64,000 nt of DNA from Eledone cirrhosa (GCA_964016885.1 CAXHJY010000267.1:15676-79675); one strand, 5' to 3'. Shown: positions 41,314 through 56,523, counted from the stretch's first letter. The notes: generated from the letters alone by a model not told the origin. Numbers and translations are program-made.

Positions 41314-42066
41314 ACCACTTTACAGTGTGGACTGGGTACTTTTTGTCGTGACACCTACACAACCACTTTACAGTGTGGACTGGGTACTTTTTGTCATGAC
41401 ACCTACATGACCACTTTACAGTGTGGACTGGGTACTTTTTGTCATGACACCTACATGACCACTCTACAGTGTGGACTGGGTACTTTTTGTCGTGACACCT
41501 ACACAACCACTTTACAGTGTGGACTGGGTACTTTTTGTCGTGACACCTACATGACCACTTTACAGTGTGGACTGGGTACTTTTTGTCGTGACACCTACAC
41601 AACCACTTTACAGTGTGGACTGGGTACATTTTGTCGTGACACCTACACAACCACTTTACAGTGTGGACTGGGTACATTTTGTCGTGACACCTACACAACC
41701 ACTTTACAGTGTGGACTGGGTACTTTTTGTCGTGACACATACACAACCACTTTACAGTGTGGACTGGGTACTTTTTGTCGTGACACCTACACAACCACTT
41801 TACAGTGTGGACTGGGTACTTTTTGTCGTGACACCTACACAACCACTTTACAGTGTGGACTGGGTACTTTTTGTCGTGACACCTACACAACCACTTTACA
41901 GTGTGGACTGGGTACTTTTTGTCGTGACACCTACACAACCACTTTACAGTGTGGATTGGGTGCTTTTTGTTGTGTCACCTACACAAGCACTTTTCATGGT
42001 GGACTGGGTACTTTTTGTTGTGTCACCTACACAACCACTTTTCAGTGTGGACTGAGTACTTTTTGT
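41314..42066. repeat. 48-bp satellite (~15 copies)
   Basis: Unit ACCACTTTACAGTGTGGACTGGGTACTTTTTGTCGTGACACCTACACA; explains the 16-aa periodic ORFs. Confidence 0.95.
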
Positions 42067-42074
42067 CAGACATA

Positions 42075-42876
42075 TAATGATATAATAATGAAATTATTGT
42101 GTACAGTGCTCAGGTGCACTACAACTCATCAAAGGTGCATGTATAGTACATAGAATAATGTACTAATGTCAGGAAAATGAACAGTGTAACAGTCATGATT
42201 TACACACAGATACATGTATGCGTGTGTATGGAGGGGGGATCTCAGGAAGCATGGAGGTTTTAAAGGATGCAGTGTCTCAACAGCTAACAACTGATGCAGG
42301 TAGTTTGCTCCATGGAGGTTTTAAAGGATGCAGTGTCTCCACAGCTAACAACTGATGCAGGTAGTTTGTTCCAAGGAGGTTTTAAAGGATGCAGTGTCTC
42401 GACAGCTAACAACTGATGCAGGTAGTTTGTTCCATGGAGGTTTTAAAGGATGCAGTGTCTCGACAGCTAACAACTGATGCAGGTAGTTTGTTCCATGGAG
42501 GCCTTAAAGGATGCAGTGTCTCCACAACTAACAACTAATGCAGGCAGTTTGTTCCATGCTTCAGCAACTTTGAGCGTAAAAAAATATTTCCGAAAGTCAT
42601 GGGAGCTGTGCTGTTTTCTGACTTTGTGGGCATGTCCACGTGCGATAGACACATGGAATTCAAAAAGGTGCTCAGGATTGTTGTTGGAAAGATGGTTAAT
42701 CATTTTGTGGGTGTCTACCAAGTCAGTTGCCAGGCGTCGGAGCTTCAATGTATCCATGCCCAGGGCAGCAAGGCGCTCAAAGTATGGTAGATGCCTTATG
42801 GAGGGTATTCGCTTGGTTGCACGACTCTGAACAGTTTCCAGGAGGTCAATGTTCTGAGCAAGATAGGGGTTCCAGA
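42075..42876 (-). mobile_element. Second, 5'-truncated copy of the CR1/L2-group LINE with an internal 61-bp x5 tandem
   Basis: VWNPYLAQNIDLLETVQSRATKRIPSIRHLPY...VAEAWNKLP matches the ORF2 C-terminus at 35071-35490. The 3' UTR matches 34797-34905. Confidence 0.92.
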
Positions 42877-43179
42877 CAACCAAACATACACAACCCAATC
42901 ACAAAATATTTACAACAACAAATGTTAATAGTTTTATTTTGAAATTTGATATTTATTCAATTTTTTTGCCATATATGGTAATTTGTATATAGATATCAAA
43001 AAGAAAGAAAGAAATGAAAAAAAAAAGAAAAAGAAAAACAAGTTTTATTGAATGTATTAATAATACATTGATTGTTGTTGTTGTTGGATTAATTTAATAA
43101 TTTTTTTTTAGGTTTTTAAAAAATTTTTTTTATTGTAAACTGCTCCTGTGATATGACATAAAAAAACAGAGGTTATCTA

Positions 43180-44655
<1,476 letters not shown>

Positions 44656-45079
44656 CTAATCTTTTAGGCAAGCTTTATTTCAAAATGGTAACTAAAACTT
44701 TAGTTTTAATTATATCAAAAGATTAAAATCAACGTTGCATTGTGAAATATATATATTTTTTTCTAACTCATTCAAAACTATTTGAAAGGAAGCTGTGTTG
44801 TTGCTGTTGTTGTTGTTATTGTTAATGTTGTTCTTGTCCTTGTTGCTGTTGTTTAGCCAAAGGACAGTCCTTATCATGCAGGGTTTCTACAAGAGACTTT
44901 CCAGTCCATCAATAGGAATTTCTTGTTATGAGGGCAACATGTGAAAACATCTTCTCTATTGTGTCTGAGCCCCTTGTATTGTGTATTAAATATTTTTGGT
45001 GGTAAGGTTGTGTAATTTGAGGCAGGCATAGCTACCATTTCTAGCCACTCAATCCATTTACAGCATGGAGGCTTCCTCG

Positions 45080-45308
45080 TTATATATATGTGTGTGTATG
45101 TTTGTGTGTCTATACATGTGCATGTATCTATCCGTGTGTGTGTGTGTGTGTATCTATATATATATGTATATATAAATATATATATGTATATATCTATATA
45201 TATATATGTATATATAAATATATATATGTATATATATCTATATATATATATGTATATATAAATATATGTATATATATATATATATATATGTATGTATATA
45301 TAAATATA

Positions 45309-45340
<32 letters not shown>

Positions 45341-45832
45341 AATATATATATGTATATATAAATATATATATGTATATATATATATATATATGTATGTATA
45401 TATATATGTATGTATAAATGTATATAAATGCATAAATGTATATATATATATATGTATATATATAGATATATATATATATATACACATACATATATATATA
45501 TAAAACCGTAGAGCAAATATTTATTATAAGAACAGATTAAAGTTTAAGCAAAGAATCGCTGCTTTCACCCATAACAAGATCTTCTGAGTTTCAGAAGATC
45601 CCGTTAAGGGTGAAAGCAGCGATTCTTTGCTTAAACTTTAATCTATTCTTACAATATATATATATATATATATAACGAAGGAGGTGTGGTAAGGAACCAG
45701 ATGGACCATAACGCACCAGAGTACTCAATACTTAGGGTAGTAGAGTGGGTAATAGGAAAATGTTTGACACTGACGGAAAATGTTTGACCGTCGAAACGGC
45801 TTGAGCTCTGTTGTCGGGGTCAAACATTTTCC

Positions 45833-45864
<32 letters not shown>

Positions 45865-45876
45865 TATATATATATA

Positions 45877-45926
<50 letters not shown>

Positions 45927-45934
45927 TATATATA

Positions 45935-46009
<75 letters not shown>

Positions 46010-46105
46010 ATTTATATATATATATATTTATATATATATATATTTATATATATATATATTTATATATATATATTTATATATATATATATATATATATATA
46101 AATAC

Positions 46106-46201
<96 letters not shown>

Positions 46202-46431
46202 ATTGAATATAAATGTATACACACACATATATATCTGTGTTTGTGAGTGTATGTTTGCGTACTACATGCATGTGTGTGTGTATGTATATATATATATGTG
46301 CGTGTGTGTGTGTGCGGGAGGTAAATGATATTTCAAAGTGAATTGGAAAGGGAGTCATCGCGACCCGGGCAAGCAAATCGTCTTTTTATGTTCAGTATAA
46401 AAGAAATGTGTGTACACATGTATGTATATGA

Positions 46432-46491
<60 letters not shown>

Positions 46492-46532
46492 GTGTGTATG
46501 TGTGTGTATGCGTGTTCATATATACATATATA

Positions 46533-46580
<48 letters not shown>

Positions 46581-46676
46581 TATAAAAACGTATCTATATA
46601 CATATATGTATCAATATGCATACATATATATACATATATACATATATATACATATATATATACATATATATATATG

Positions 46677-46744
<68 letters not shown>

Positions 46745-47166
46745 CATATACACACATATATATACATATATATATACACACATATATATACATATATATA
46801 TATACATATATATAAATATACACATACACATATATATATACACAAACACATATACATATATATATACACACACATACATATATATATACACACATATACA
46901 TATATATATACATACACATACATATATATATATATACTTACATACATATATATATATAGACATACATACACACATACATATATATATATATACATACATA
47001 CATATATATATACATACATATATATATATATATATACACACATAGATACATATATATATACACACATACATATATATATATATACACACATACATACATA
47101 TATATATATATATATAAGAAGAGAAAAAACACATGAGGTAGAAATACATTCCTGTTGTTGTTGTTC

Positions 47167-47197
<31 letters not shown>

Positions 47198-47345
47198 CAG
47201 TCGTAATCCATAAAAAAAAAAAATCAACATTATTATATAGGTTCCCCGTAGTCACCGCCACCGCCACCATCACCAGCATTATCATCACCATCATCATCAT
47301 CATCACCAACATAGTCACCATCATCACCAACATCATCATCATCAT
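45080..47345. repeat. (TA)n-rich microsatellite region with short inserts, ending in (TTA)n/(CAT)n
   Basis: Low-complexity sequence interrupted at 45500-45832 and 46320-46420. Confidence 0.9.
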
Positions 47346-47414
47346 GTCCCTCGCAGTATTCTTCTATAAAATTATTGTAAAGCTGCTTTTTTTCCATTTA
47401 ATATTTAAAAAGGT

Positions 47415-48558
47415 GTAATAAATGTTTCTACTTTTGGCACAAGGCCAGCAATTACCCCAGTGTATTACTGGTACTTTATTTTATCAACCCTGTAATAATT
47501 GTTTCTACTTTTGGGGGCACAAGGCCAGCAATTACCCCAGTGTATTACTGGTACTTTATTTTATCAACCCTGTAATAAATGTTTCTACTTTTGGCACAAG
47601 GCCAGCAATTACCCCAGTGTATTACTGGTACTTTATTTTATCAACCCTGTAATAATTGTTTCTACTTTTGGGGGCACAAGGCCAGCAATTACCCCAGTGT
47701 ATTACTGGTACTTTATTTTATCAACCCTGTAATAAATGTTTCTACTTTTGGCACAAGGCCAGCAATTACCCCAGTGTATTACTGGTACTTTATTTTATCA
47801 ACCCTGTAATAATTGTTTCTACTTTTGGGGGCACAAGGCCAGCAATTACCCCAGTGTATTACTGGTACTTTATTTTATCAACCCTGTAATAATTGTTTCT
47901 ACTTTTGGGGGCACAAGGCCAGCAATTACCCCAGTGTATTACTGGTACTTTATTTTATCAACCCTGTAATAATTGTTTCTACTTTTGGGGGCACAAGGCC
48001 AGCAATTACCCCAGTGTATTACTGGTACTTTATTTTATCGACCCTGTAATAACTGTTTCTACTTTTGGCACAAGGCCAGCAATTACCCCAGTGTATTACT
48101 GGTACTTTATTTTATCAACCCTGTAATAAATGTTTCTACTTTTGGCACAAGGCCAGCAATTACCCCAGTGTATTACTGGTACTTTATTTTATCAACCCTG
48201 TAATAATTGTTTCTACTTTTGGGGGCACAAGGCCAGCAATTACCCCAGTGTATTACTGGTACTTTATTTTATCAACCCTGTAATAATTGTTTCTACTTTT
48301 GGGGGCACAAGGCCAGCAATTACCCCAGTGTATTACTGGTACTTTATTTTATCAACCCTGTAATAATTGTTTCTACTTTTGGGGGCACAAGGCCAGCAAT
48401 TACCCCAGTGTATTACTGGTACTTTATTTTATCAACCCCGTAAGGATGAAAGGCAAAGTCAACCTCGGCGGGATTTGAACTCAGATCATACAGGGCCGTA
48501 ACTCTGTGCTTCAAAGCATGGCGTCCGACCCTCTACCGATACTGCCAATCCACCGCTC

Positions 48559-48560
<2 letters not shown>
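47415..48560 (-). mobile_element. Full tRNA-derived SINE whose 3' 77/80 bp is tandemly repeated ~13 times
   Basis: Head GCGGTGGATTGGCAGTATCGG (A-box) at ~48535-48558 and B-box at ~48470-48482. Repeated unit TGTTTCTACTTTT(GGG)GGCACAAGGCCAGC...ATCAACCCTGTAATAA. Confidence 0.92.
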
Positions 48561-48597
<37 letters not shown>

Positions 48598-48733
48598 GAC
48601 TGTCCACACCATCGCTATGGCGACCATCACCATCATCATCATCAACATCAGTATGATCATCACTGGCATTTTCATTGCCTTTTTTTCTTTTAATCTTCAT
48701 CGACTGCGTCCCTCTCATTGTCTTCACATTCAT

Positions 48734-48771
<38 letters not shown>

Positions 48772-48919
48772 CAATCAGCAAGTAATGTTTTTTTTGTTTA
48801 TTTGTTTTTGTTATTATTGGTCTCTCTTTTTTTTTTTTTAAATTCGTCATCACCATGGTTACCACCATCTTCGTATAAAAAAAATTGTGTTTCACTATCT
48901 GAAAATGTGTGTGTATATA

Positions 48920-48924
<5 letters not shown>

Positions 48925-48962
<38 letters not shown>

Positions 48963-49470
48963 TTGTGTATATATATATATATGCTTGCGTGTGTGTGTAT
49001 ATATATATATGCTTGCGTGTGTGTGTATATATATATATATGCTTGTGTGTATATATATATATATGCTTGCGTGTGTGTGTATATATATATATGCTTGCGT
49101 GTATATATATATATATGCTTGTGTGTATATATATATATATGCTTGCGTGTGTGTGTATATATATATATGCTTGCTTGTGTCTATATATATATATATATGC
49201 TTGTGTCTATATATATGCTTGCGTATATATATATATGCTTGCGTGTGTATATATATTATATATATATATATATATATATGCTTGTGTGTATATATATATG
49301 TGATCAATCATTAATAAATTGCTCCGAAGAATCCAAACCTTGGTTTGGAGGAAACAATTGTAAGCATATAAATGATTTGAACAGAACTTTGATTCTTATA
49401 ACTTATATATATATATATATATATATTTACACACAAGCATATATATATATATATATATATACATGCAAGC

Positions 49471-49505
<35 letters not shown>

Positions 49506-49645
49506 TATATATTTATATATACACACACAAGCATATATATATATCTATATAGACACAAGCAAGCATATATATATATACACACACACGCAAGCATATATAT
49601 ATATATATACACACAAGCATATATATATATATACACACACAAGCG

Positions 49646-49676
<31 letters not shown>

Positions 49677-49860
49677 GCAAGCATATATATATATATACAC
49701 ACAAGCATATATATATACACACAAGCATATATATATATATACACACACAAGCGTATATATATATATATATACACACACAAGCGTATATATATATATATAT
49801 ACACACAAGCATATATATATATATATATACACACACAAGCATATATATATATATATATAT
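48925..49860. repeat. Two oppositely oriented (TA)n-GCTTG(C)GTGT minisatellite arms around a 100-bp unique spacer
   Basis: Left arm ATATGCTTGCGTGTGTGT; right arm ACACACGCAAGCATAT. Confidence 0.85.
49306..49377 (+). ncRNA. Type I hammerhead ribozyme-like motif (U4C core variant)
   Basis: TGCT-CCGAAGA-A-TCCAAACC-TT-GGTTTGGA-G-GAAAC-AATT-GT-A|AGCA; helix I is extended by AATCATT/AATGATT. Confidence 0.6.
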
Positions 49861-50106
49861 AATATACATATATATATATATACATATATATGATATACAT
49901 ATATATATATATATATATATACATATATATGTGTGTGAGTATAAGTATATATTTATGTATCCAAGTATACGTATTGAATTATGTAAACTGTATTGGGAGT
50001 GTGTGTATATATATATATACATATATGTGTATGTGTGAGGGTGTATATATATATATAAGTCCAGGAAAAAAGAGTGCTCTATGTAGGTAACAGAGCTTAA
50101 TAGTGA

Positions 50107-50148
<42 letters not shown>

Positions 50149-50584
50149 CATATGTGTATGTGTGAGGGTGTATAAATATATATATATATATAATGTGTGT
50201 GTATACAGCACTTTCAAAATGGTGTAAATGTGATCAACATGGTGGGTTCTCTTTCCCTTTTTTTATTTTCGTTCCCCTTTTTCTAATGAAGGACTTACAT
50301 CTGAAACATTTCCATGTCTCTAAACCATTATCCTTGTCCTTTGTGTTGTTATTTTTATTTGTAATCACACCTATATATATATATATATATATATAGGCGT
50401 ATATATATATGTGTGTGTGTATATATATATATACATATATGTGTGTATATATATACACATACTCTAACACGCTACACCATAACTTATAAGCATGAAAGCC
50501 CCATCCCAACACTTGAAAAGAACCTTTAAATATCCAGGTTCTGGGCGTCTGTTGCAGTGTTGCAGCAAAGAGAAGCATTGTGTC

Positions 50585-51013
50585 CATGTCTGATGACCCT
50601 GTGTATTGCAGGGTCATCAGACATGCATGTCTGATGACCTTGTGTATTGCAGGGTCATCAGACATGCATGTCTGATGACCTTGTGTATTGCAGGGTCATC
50701 AGATATGCTTGTCTGTTGACCCTGTGTATTACAGGGTCATCAGACATGCTTGTCTGATGACCCTGTGTATTGCAGGGTCATCAGACATGCTTGTCTGATG
50801 ACCCTGTGTATTGCAGGGTCATCAGACATGCTTGTCTGATGACCCTGTGTATTGCAGGGTCATCAGACATGCTTGTCTGATGACCTTGTGTATTGCAGGG
50901 TCATCAGACATGCTTGTCTGATGACCCTGTGTATTACAGGGTCATCAGACATGCTTGTCTGATGACACTGTGTATTGCAGGATCATCAGACATGCTTGTC
51001 TGATGATCCTGTG
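50585..51013. repeat. 41-bp palindromic satellite (~10 copies)
   Basis: TGTCTGATGACCCTG-TGTATTG-CAGGGTCATCAGACA; each unit is a hairpin of about 15 bp. Confidence 0.95.
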
Positions 51014-51043
51014 TGTACATAGGTGAAACTCCACGTAAACAAG
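50995..51043 (+). ncRNA. Type I hammerhead ribozyme-like motif
   Basis: CTTGT-CTGATGA-T-CCTGTG-TGTA-CATAGG-T-GAAAC-TCCAC-GT-A|A-ACAAG, with AATAAA at 51061. Confidence 0.6.
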
Positions 51044-51064
51044 ACTCATTACTTAGTCATAATA

Positions 51065-51145
51065 AAACATACACACACATATACACATATATATATATAT
51101 GTGTGTATATATATATGTATACATATATATACACAAAACACATGC

Positions 51146-51176
<31 letters not shown>

Positions 51177-51332
51177 TATATATATATATATATACACAAA
51201 ACACATGCATATATATATATATATACACACACACACATATATATATACACAGACATGTATATATATATACACACACACATATATATGTATACATATATAT
51301 ACACAAACACATGTATATATATATATATACAT

Positions 51333-51369
<37 letters not shown>

Positions 51370-51432
51370 CACACACACACATATATATATATATATACAT
51401 ACACACACACACATATATATATATATATACAT

Positions 51433-51475
<43 letters not shown>

Positions 51476-51643
51476 CATACACACACATATATATATATAC
51501 ATACACACACGTGTATATATATATATACATACACACACATATATGTATATATATATATATATATATTTACATATATATATATATATATATATGTAAATAT
51601 ATATATATACACACCACACACATATATATACGCACACACACTC

Positions 51644-51680
<37 letters not shown>

Positions 51681-52345
51681 TATTCATATATACATATATA
51701 ACTGTTATTTCTAGCAGGTCTAGCTACTATGTAGAGGCACATACACATATAATAAATACACACACATACATACAACAGAAGGATATGATTTGAGGAAAAT
51801 TTGGCTGCTATTTCTAACAGTTTTAGGCGAATACAGTGTTTGATGTGCGGGATGGTGGTGGTGGTTGCTGTTGTTGTTGGTGGTGGTGGGGTGCTGTGTG
51901 TGGTGATGGTGGTGGTGGTGTTTGGTGTGGTGGTGGTGGTGTTTGGTGTGGTGTGGCTGGTGGTGGTGTTTGGTGTGGTGATGGTGGTGGTGGTGGCTGG
52001 TGGTGGTGGTGGTGTTTGGTGTGGTGATGGTGGTGGTGGTGTTTGGTGTGGTGGTGTTTGGTGTGGTGGTGGTGTGGTGATGGTGGTGGTGGTGGTGGTG
52101 TTGGTGGTGGTGGTGTTTGGTGTGGTGATGGTGGTGGTGGTTTCGATGATCGGAGTGGTTGAGAGGGTGCTCTCTTCTGTGGTGATGATGGTGGCGGTGG
52201 TGTTTGGTGTGGTGATGGTGGTGGTGGTGTTTGGTGTGGTGTTGGTGGCGGTGATGTTTGTTGTGATGATGGTGGTGGTGGTGGTGGTGTTGGTGGTGGT
52301 GTTGGTGATAGTGGTGATGCTTGCTGTGTTGGTGGTGGTGGTCTT
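51065..52345. repeat. (TA/CA)n followed by (GGT)n microsatellites
   Basis: Low-complexity sequence. Confidence 0.95.
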
Positions 52346-52719
52346 TATATCACTTATGTGTGTTTATATCATTTGTGTGAGTGTCTGAGTGTGTGTGAAT
52401 ATATGTGTGTTTATGTCACTTGTGTGTGTATTTGTGAGTTTATATCTACATACTCATATACATGTATATACACACACCATGGTATTTCCTTGGCTATCTA
52501 ACTTAGTTGCAGATTGTTTAACTACAAAGAATTTTGTAAGAAAAGAATTATTAAACTAAAAACTTGGTTTTGTACCCATTTTACATATAAAATATTACAA
52601 TTATCCGGTATATTTGATGTCATGAGGCCAACTACTTAATAATAAAGGTGAAGGAACAATAAAATAGAACATGTGTTTTTCTTATTGGTAATATTGACAA
52701 CAGAGATCCAGGCCCCTTC

Positions 52720-54660
52720 AGTGCATAGCTCGGAGATAAGAGAGTCACTTCATGTAGAGCTGCTAATTCTCTAAATTGAGAGATCACAGCTCTGATACTA
52801 TGGACATGTGGTTAGAATGTCTCAGGAAAGAATCTCTGAATTGAGAGACCACAGCTCTGATACTATGGACATGTGGTTAGAATGTCTCAGGAAAGAATCT
52901 CTGAATTGAGAGATCACAGCTCTGATACTATGGACATGTGGTTAGAATGTCTCAGGAAAGAATCTCTGAATTGAGAGATCACAGCTCTGATACTATGGAC
53001 ATGCGGTTAGAATGTCTCAGGAAAGAATCACTGGATTGAGAGATCACAGCTCTGATACTATGGACATGTGGTTAGAATGTCTCAGGATAGAATCTCTGAA
53101 TTGAGAGATCACAGCTGTGATACTATGGACATGCGGTTAGAATGTCTCAGGAAAGAATCTCTGAATTGAGAGATCACAGCTCTGATACTATGGACATGCG
53201 GTTAGAATGTCTCAGGATAGAATCTCTGAATTGAGAGATCACAGCTGTGATACTATGGACATGCGGTTAGAATGTCTCAGGAAAGAATCTCTGAATTGAG
53301 AGATCACAGCTCTGATACTATGGACATGTGGTTAGAATGTCTCAGGAAAGAATCTCTGAATTGAGAGATCACAGCTCCGATACCATGGACATGTGGTTAG
53401 AATGTCTCAGGAAGGAATCTCTGGATTGAGATATCATAGCTCTGATACTATGGACATATGGTTAGAATGTCTCAGGAAAGAACCTCTGAATTGAGAGATC
53501 ACAGCTCCGATACTATGGACATGTGGTTAGAATGTCTCAGGAAGGAATCTCTGGATTGAGATATCACAGCTCTGATACTATGGACATGTGGTTAGAATGT
53601 CTCAAGAAAGAATCTATGGATTGAGAGATCACAGCTCTGATACTATGGACATGTGGTTAGAATGTCTCAGGAAAGATTCTCTGAATTGAGAGATCACAGC
53701 TCTGATACTATGGACATGTGGCTAGAATGTCTCAGGAAGGAATCTCTGGATTGAGATATCACAGCTCTGATACTATGGACATGTGGTTAGAATGTCTCAA
53801 GAAAGAATGTCTCAAGAAAGAATCTCTGAATTGAGAGATCACAGCTCTGATACTATGGACATGTGGTTAGAATGTCTCAGGAAAGATTATCTGAATTGAG
53901 AGATCACAGCTCTGATACTATGGACATGTGGCTAGAATGTCTTGGGAAAGAATCTCTGAATTGAGAGATCACAGCTCTGATACTATGGACATGTGGTTAG
54001 AATGTCTAGGGAAAGAATCTCTGAATTGAGAGATCACAGCTCTGATACTATGGACATGTGGTTAGAATGTCTCAGGAAAGAATCTCTGAATTGAGAGACC
54101 ACAGCTCTGATACTATGGACATGTGGTTAGAATGTCTCAGGAAAGAATCACTGAATTGAGAGATCACAGCTCTGATACTATGGACATGTGGTTAGAATGT
54201 CTCAGGAAAGATTCTCTGAATTGAGAGATCACAGCTCTGATACTATGGACATGTGGTTAGAATGTCTCAGGAAAGATTCTCTGAATTGAGAGATCACAGC
54301 TCTGATACTATGGACATGTGGTTAGAATGTCTCAGGAAAGAATCACTGAATTGAGAGATCACAGCTCTGATACTATGGACATGTGGTTAGAATGTCTCAG
54401 GAAAGAATCTCTGAATTGAGAGATCACAGCTCTGATACTACAGACATGTGGTTGGAATGTCTCAGGAAAGAATCGCTGGACAGATTTTATGGGCAAAACC
54501 AGGGATAGACCTCGAGCAAGATGGTTGGATAACATCCATGAGCTTTGTGGGTCTCACTTGGGAGATCTAGCTGGATCAGTTGGAGACAGTTGCTTCTGAC
54601 AGGACCCACTGGAGGGAGCGTTTAAGGACTCTGCCCCCATGACCCTCTCAGGAGAGTATC
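52720..54660 (+). mobile_element. RTE-clade LINE 3' remnant with an internal 65-bp satellite (~26 copies, 52775-54475)
   Basis: VHSSEIRESLHVELLIL*IERSQL*YYGHVVRMSQERI (repeated), then AGQILWAKP...RPRARWLDNIHEL...VASDRTHWRERLRTLPP. Confidence 0.88.
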
Positions 54661-54854
54661 GGCAACATGTCCAATCTCAAATATAACAATACTAATTATT
54701 TTATAATCAAGATGGTATTTATAATTTAGCAAAATATTTTCACATAAAATTATGCGGGAATATTTCAAAGTTAAATTGAAAGCCTTGGGTGGGTTTGTTT
54801 CATAGAACCAGAGCTGCTTTTGACCAGGTTGGCCTCAATACCTGGATTCAACAG

Positions 54855-56000
54855 TAGACTGAAATAAAGGACATGAGACCATCAGGAAGGGCAAACATAG
54901 ATGGACAAACCATGTCCCTTGTTTCAGAGACAACAGCTGGACAATTAGAGTGACATATTGGACACCACGGTGAAAAAGAACTAGAGGGTGGTCAAAGGCC
55001 AGATGGGCTGACTGGAATAAAGGACATGAGACCATCAGGGAGGGCAAACATAGATGGACTGACCATGTCCCTTGTTTCAGAGACAACAGCTGGACAATTA
55101 GAGTGACATATTGGACACCACGGTGAAAAAGAACTAGAGGGTGGTCAAAGGCCAGATGGGCTGACTGGAATAAAGGACATGAGACCATCAGGGAGGGCAA
55201 ACATAGATGGACTGACCATGTCTCATCTCTCACAATAGTGAGAGATGGGGGAGAGTGGGACAGACGGAGGCAGTGACAGTGGGAGTTTGGTTCCTTTGTG
55301 TTCGAACCTGGTGTGTATATATATATATGTAGATAAGAGAGAATGAGTAGATTTCTGGAGAACGGTTACAACCGTATTACTCCTGTTATTTTTGGACATT
55401 AGAGTGACATATTGGACAGCAAAGTAGCGGAGGGTGACCAAAGGTCAGATGGCCTGACAAGGTGAAAGATATAATTAAGACCATCGGGAAGGGCAAACAT
55501 AGATGGCCTGACCATGTCCCTTGTTTCAGAGACAACAGCTGGACAATTAGAGTGACATATTGGATAGCAAAGTAGCAGAGGTGGACCAGAGGGTGACTAA
55601 AGGTCAGATGGCTTGACAAGGTGAAAGATATAATTAAGACCATCGGGAAGGGCAAACATAGATGGTCTGACCATGTCCCTTGTTTCAGAGACAACAGCTG
55701 GACAATTAGAGTGACATATTGGACAGCAAAGTAGCGGAGGTGGACCAGAGGGTGACTAAAGGTCAGATGGCTTGACAAGGTGAAAGATATAATTGGGACC
55801 ATCGGGAAGGGCAAACGTAGATGGTCTGACCATGTCTCTTGTTTCAGAGACAACAGCTGGACAATTAGAGTGACAGAGTGGACACCAAAACAGTAGAAGT
55901 AAACCAGAGGGCAGCCAAAGGCCAGATAGCACAATGATCTGACCCACAAGGCCCAATATGGGCAAAGATAGGAAGCAGGAGAGATTAACTTGGGAGGGAT
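54855..56000 (+). mobile_element. RTE-clade LINE 3' remnant with 153-bp and 159-bp tandem units, interrupted at 55224-55395
   Basis: Unit reads TIREGKHRWTDHVPCFRDNSWTIRVTYWTPR*KRTRGWSKARWAD. Unit markers are at 54878/55031/55184 and 55480/55639/55798. Confidence 0.82.
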
Positions 56001-56248
56001 TCTTCATGAGGAATAAGAAGGCCCTGACATTTGGATTTGGGGTCTCAGAAGGGTTAAAGTTGCTGGACCCAATGGAAATGAAATGACAAAGGTACGCAAC
56101 TAATTGGCAAGAAACTGTGCAGTTGTAGACCTGTCCAACCCACGCAGACAAGGGAATGATGATGATGATGATGATGATGATGATTAAAGGTGGGGGTGGG
56201 GTGGGGGGGGGGTGTTGTTGCTGTTTAGCTTTTAGTGAAGGTTTGTTC

Positions 56249-56412
56249 ATGGCTCTGTGGTTAAGGTGTTCGGCTAATGATTGTAAGCATGTGAGTTCAA
56301 ATCCCGCGACTGTGTCAGCCTTGTTGCATGTATTGTATCACATTGGATCTCCCTGAGAACTATGTCCATGGAAAATGTGTCTGTGGAATACTCAGCCACT
56401 TGCACTTATGTT
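56249..56412 (+). mobile_element. tRNA-derived SINE, second family, degenerate
   Basis: A-box TGGCTCTGTGG and B-box GAGTTCAAATCC, with no complete cloverleaf. Confidence 0.6.
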
Positions 56413-56489
56413 ACTGGACCTGCTACCTTTTAAAATATCTATTGTATGTCTGTATGTGTCTATTATCTCTCTCTTGTTGATTCTTGTAC

Positions 56490-56491
56490 TG

Positions 56492-56523
<32 letters not shown>

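Noticed and set aside
48470-48560. SINE heads as tRNA genes
   Set aside because: A/B boxes are present, but they are fused to a SINE core and tail and are multicopy.
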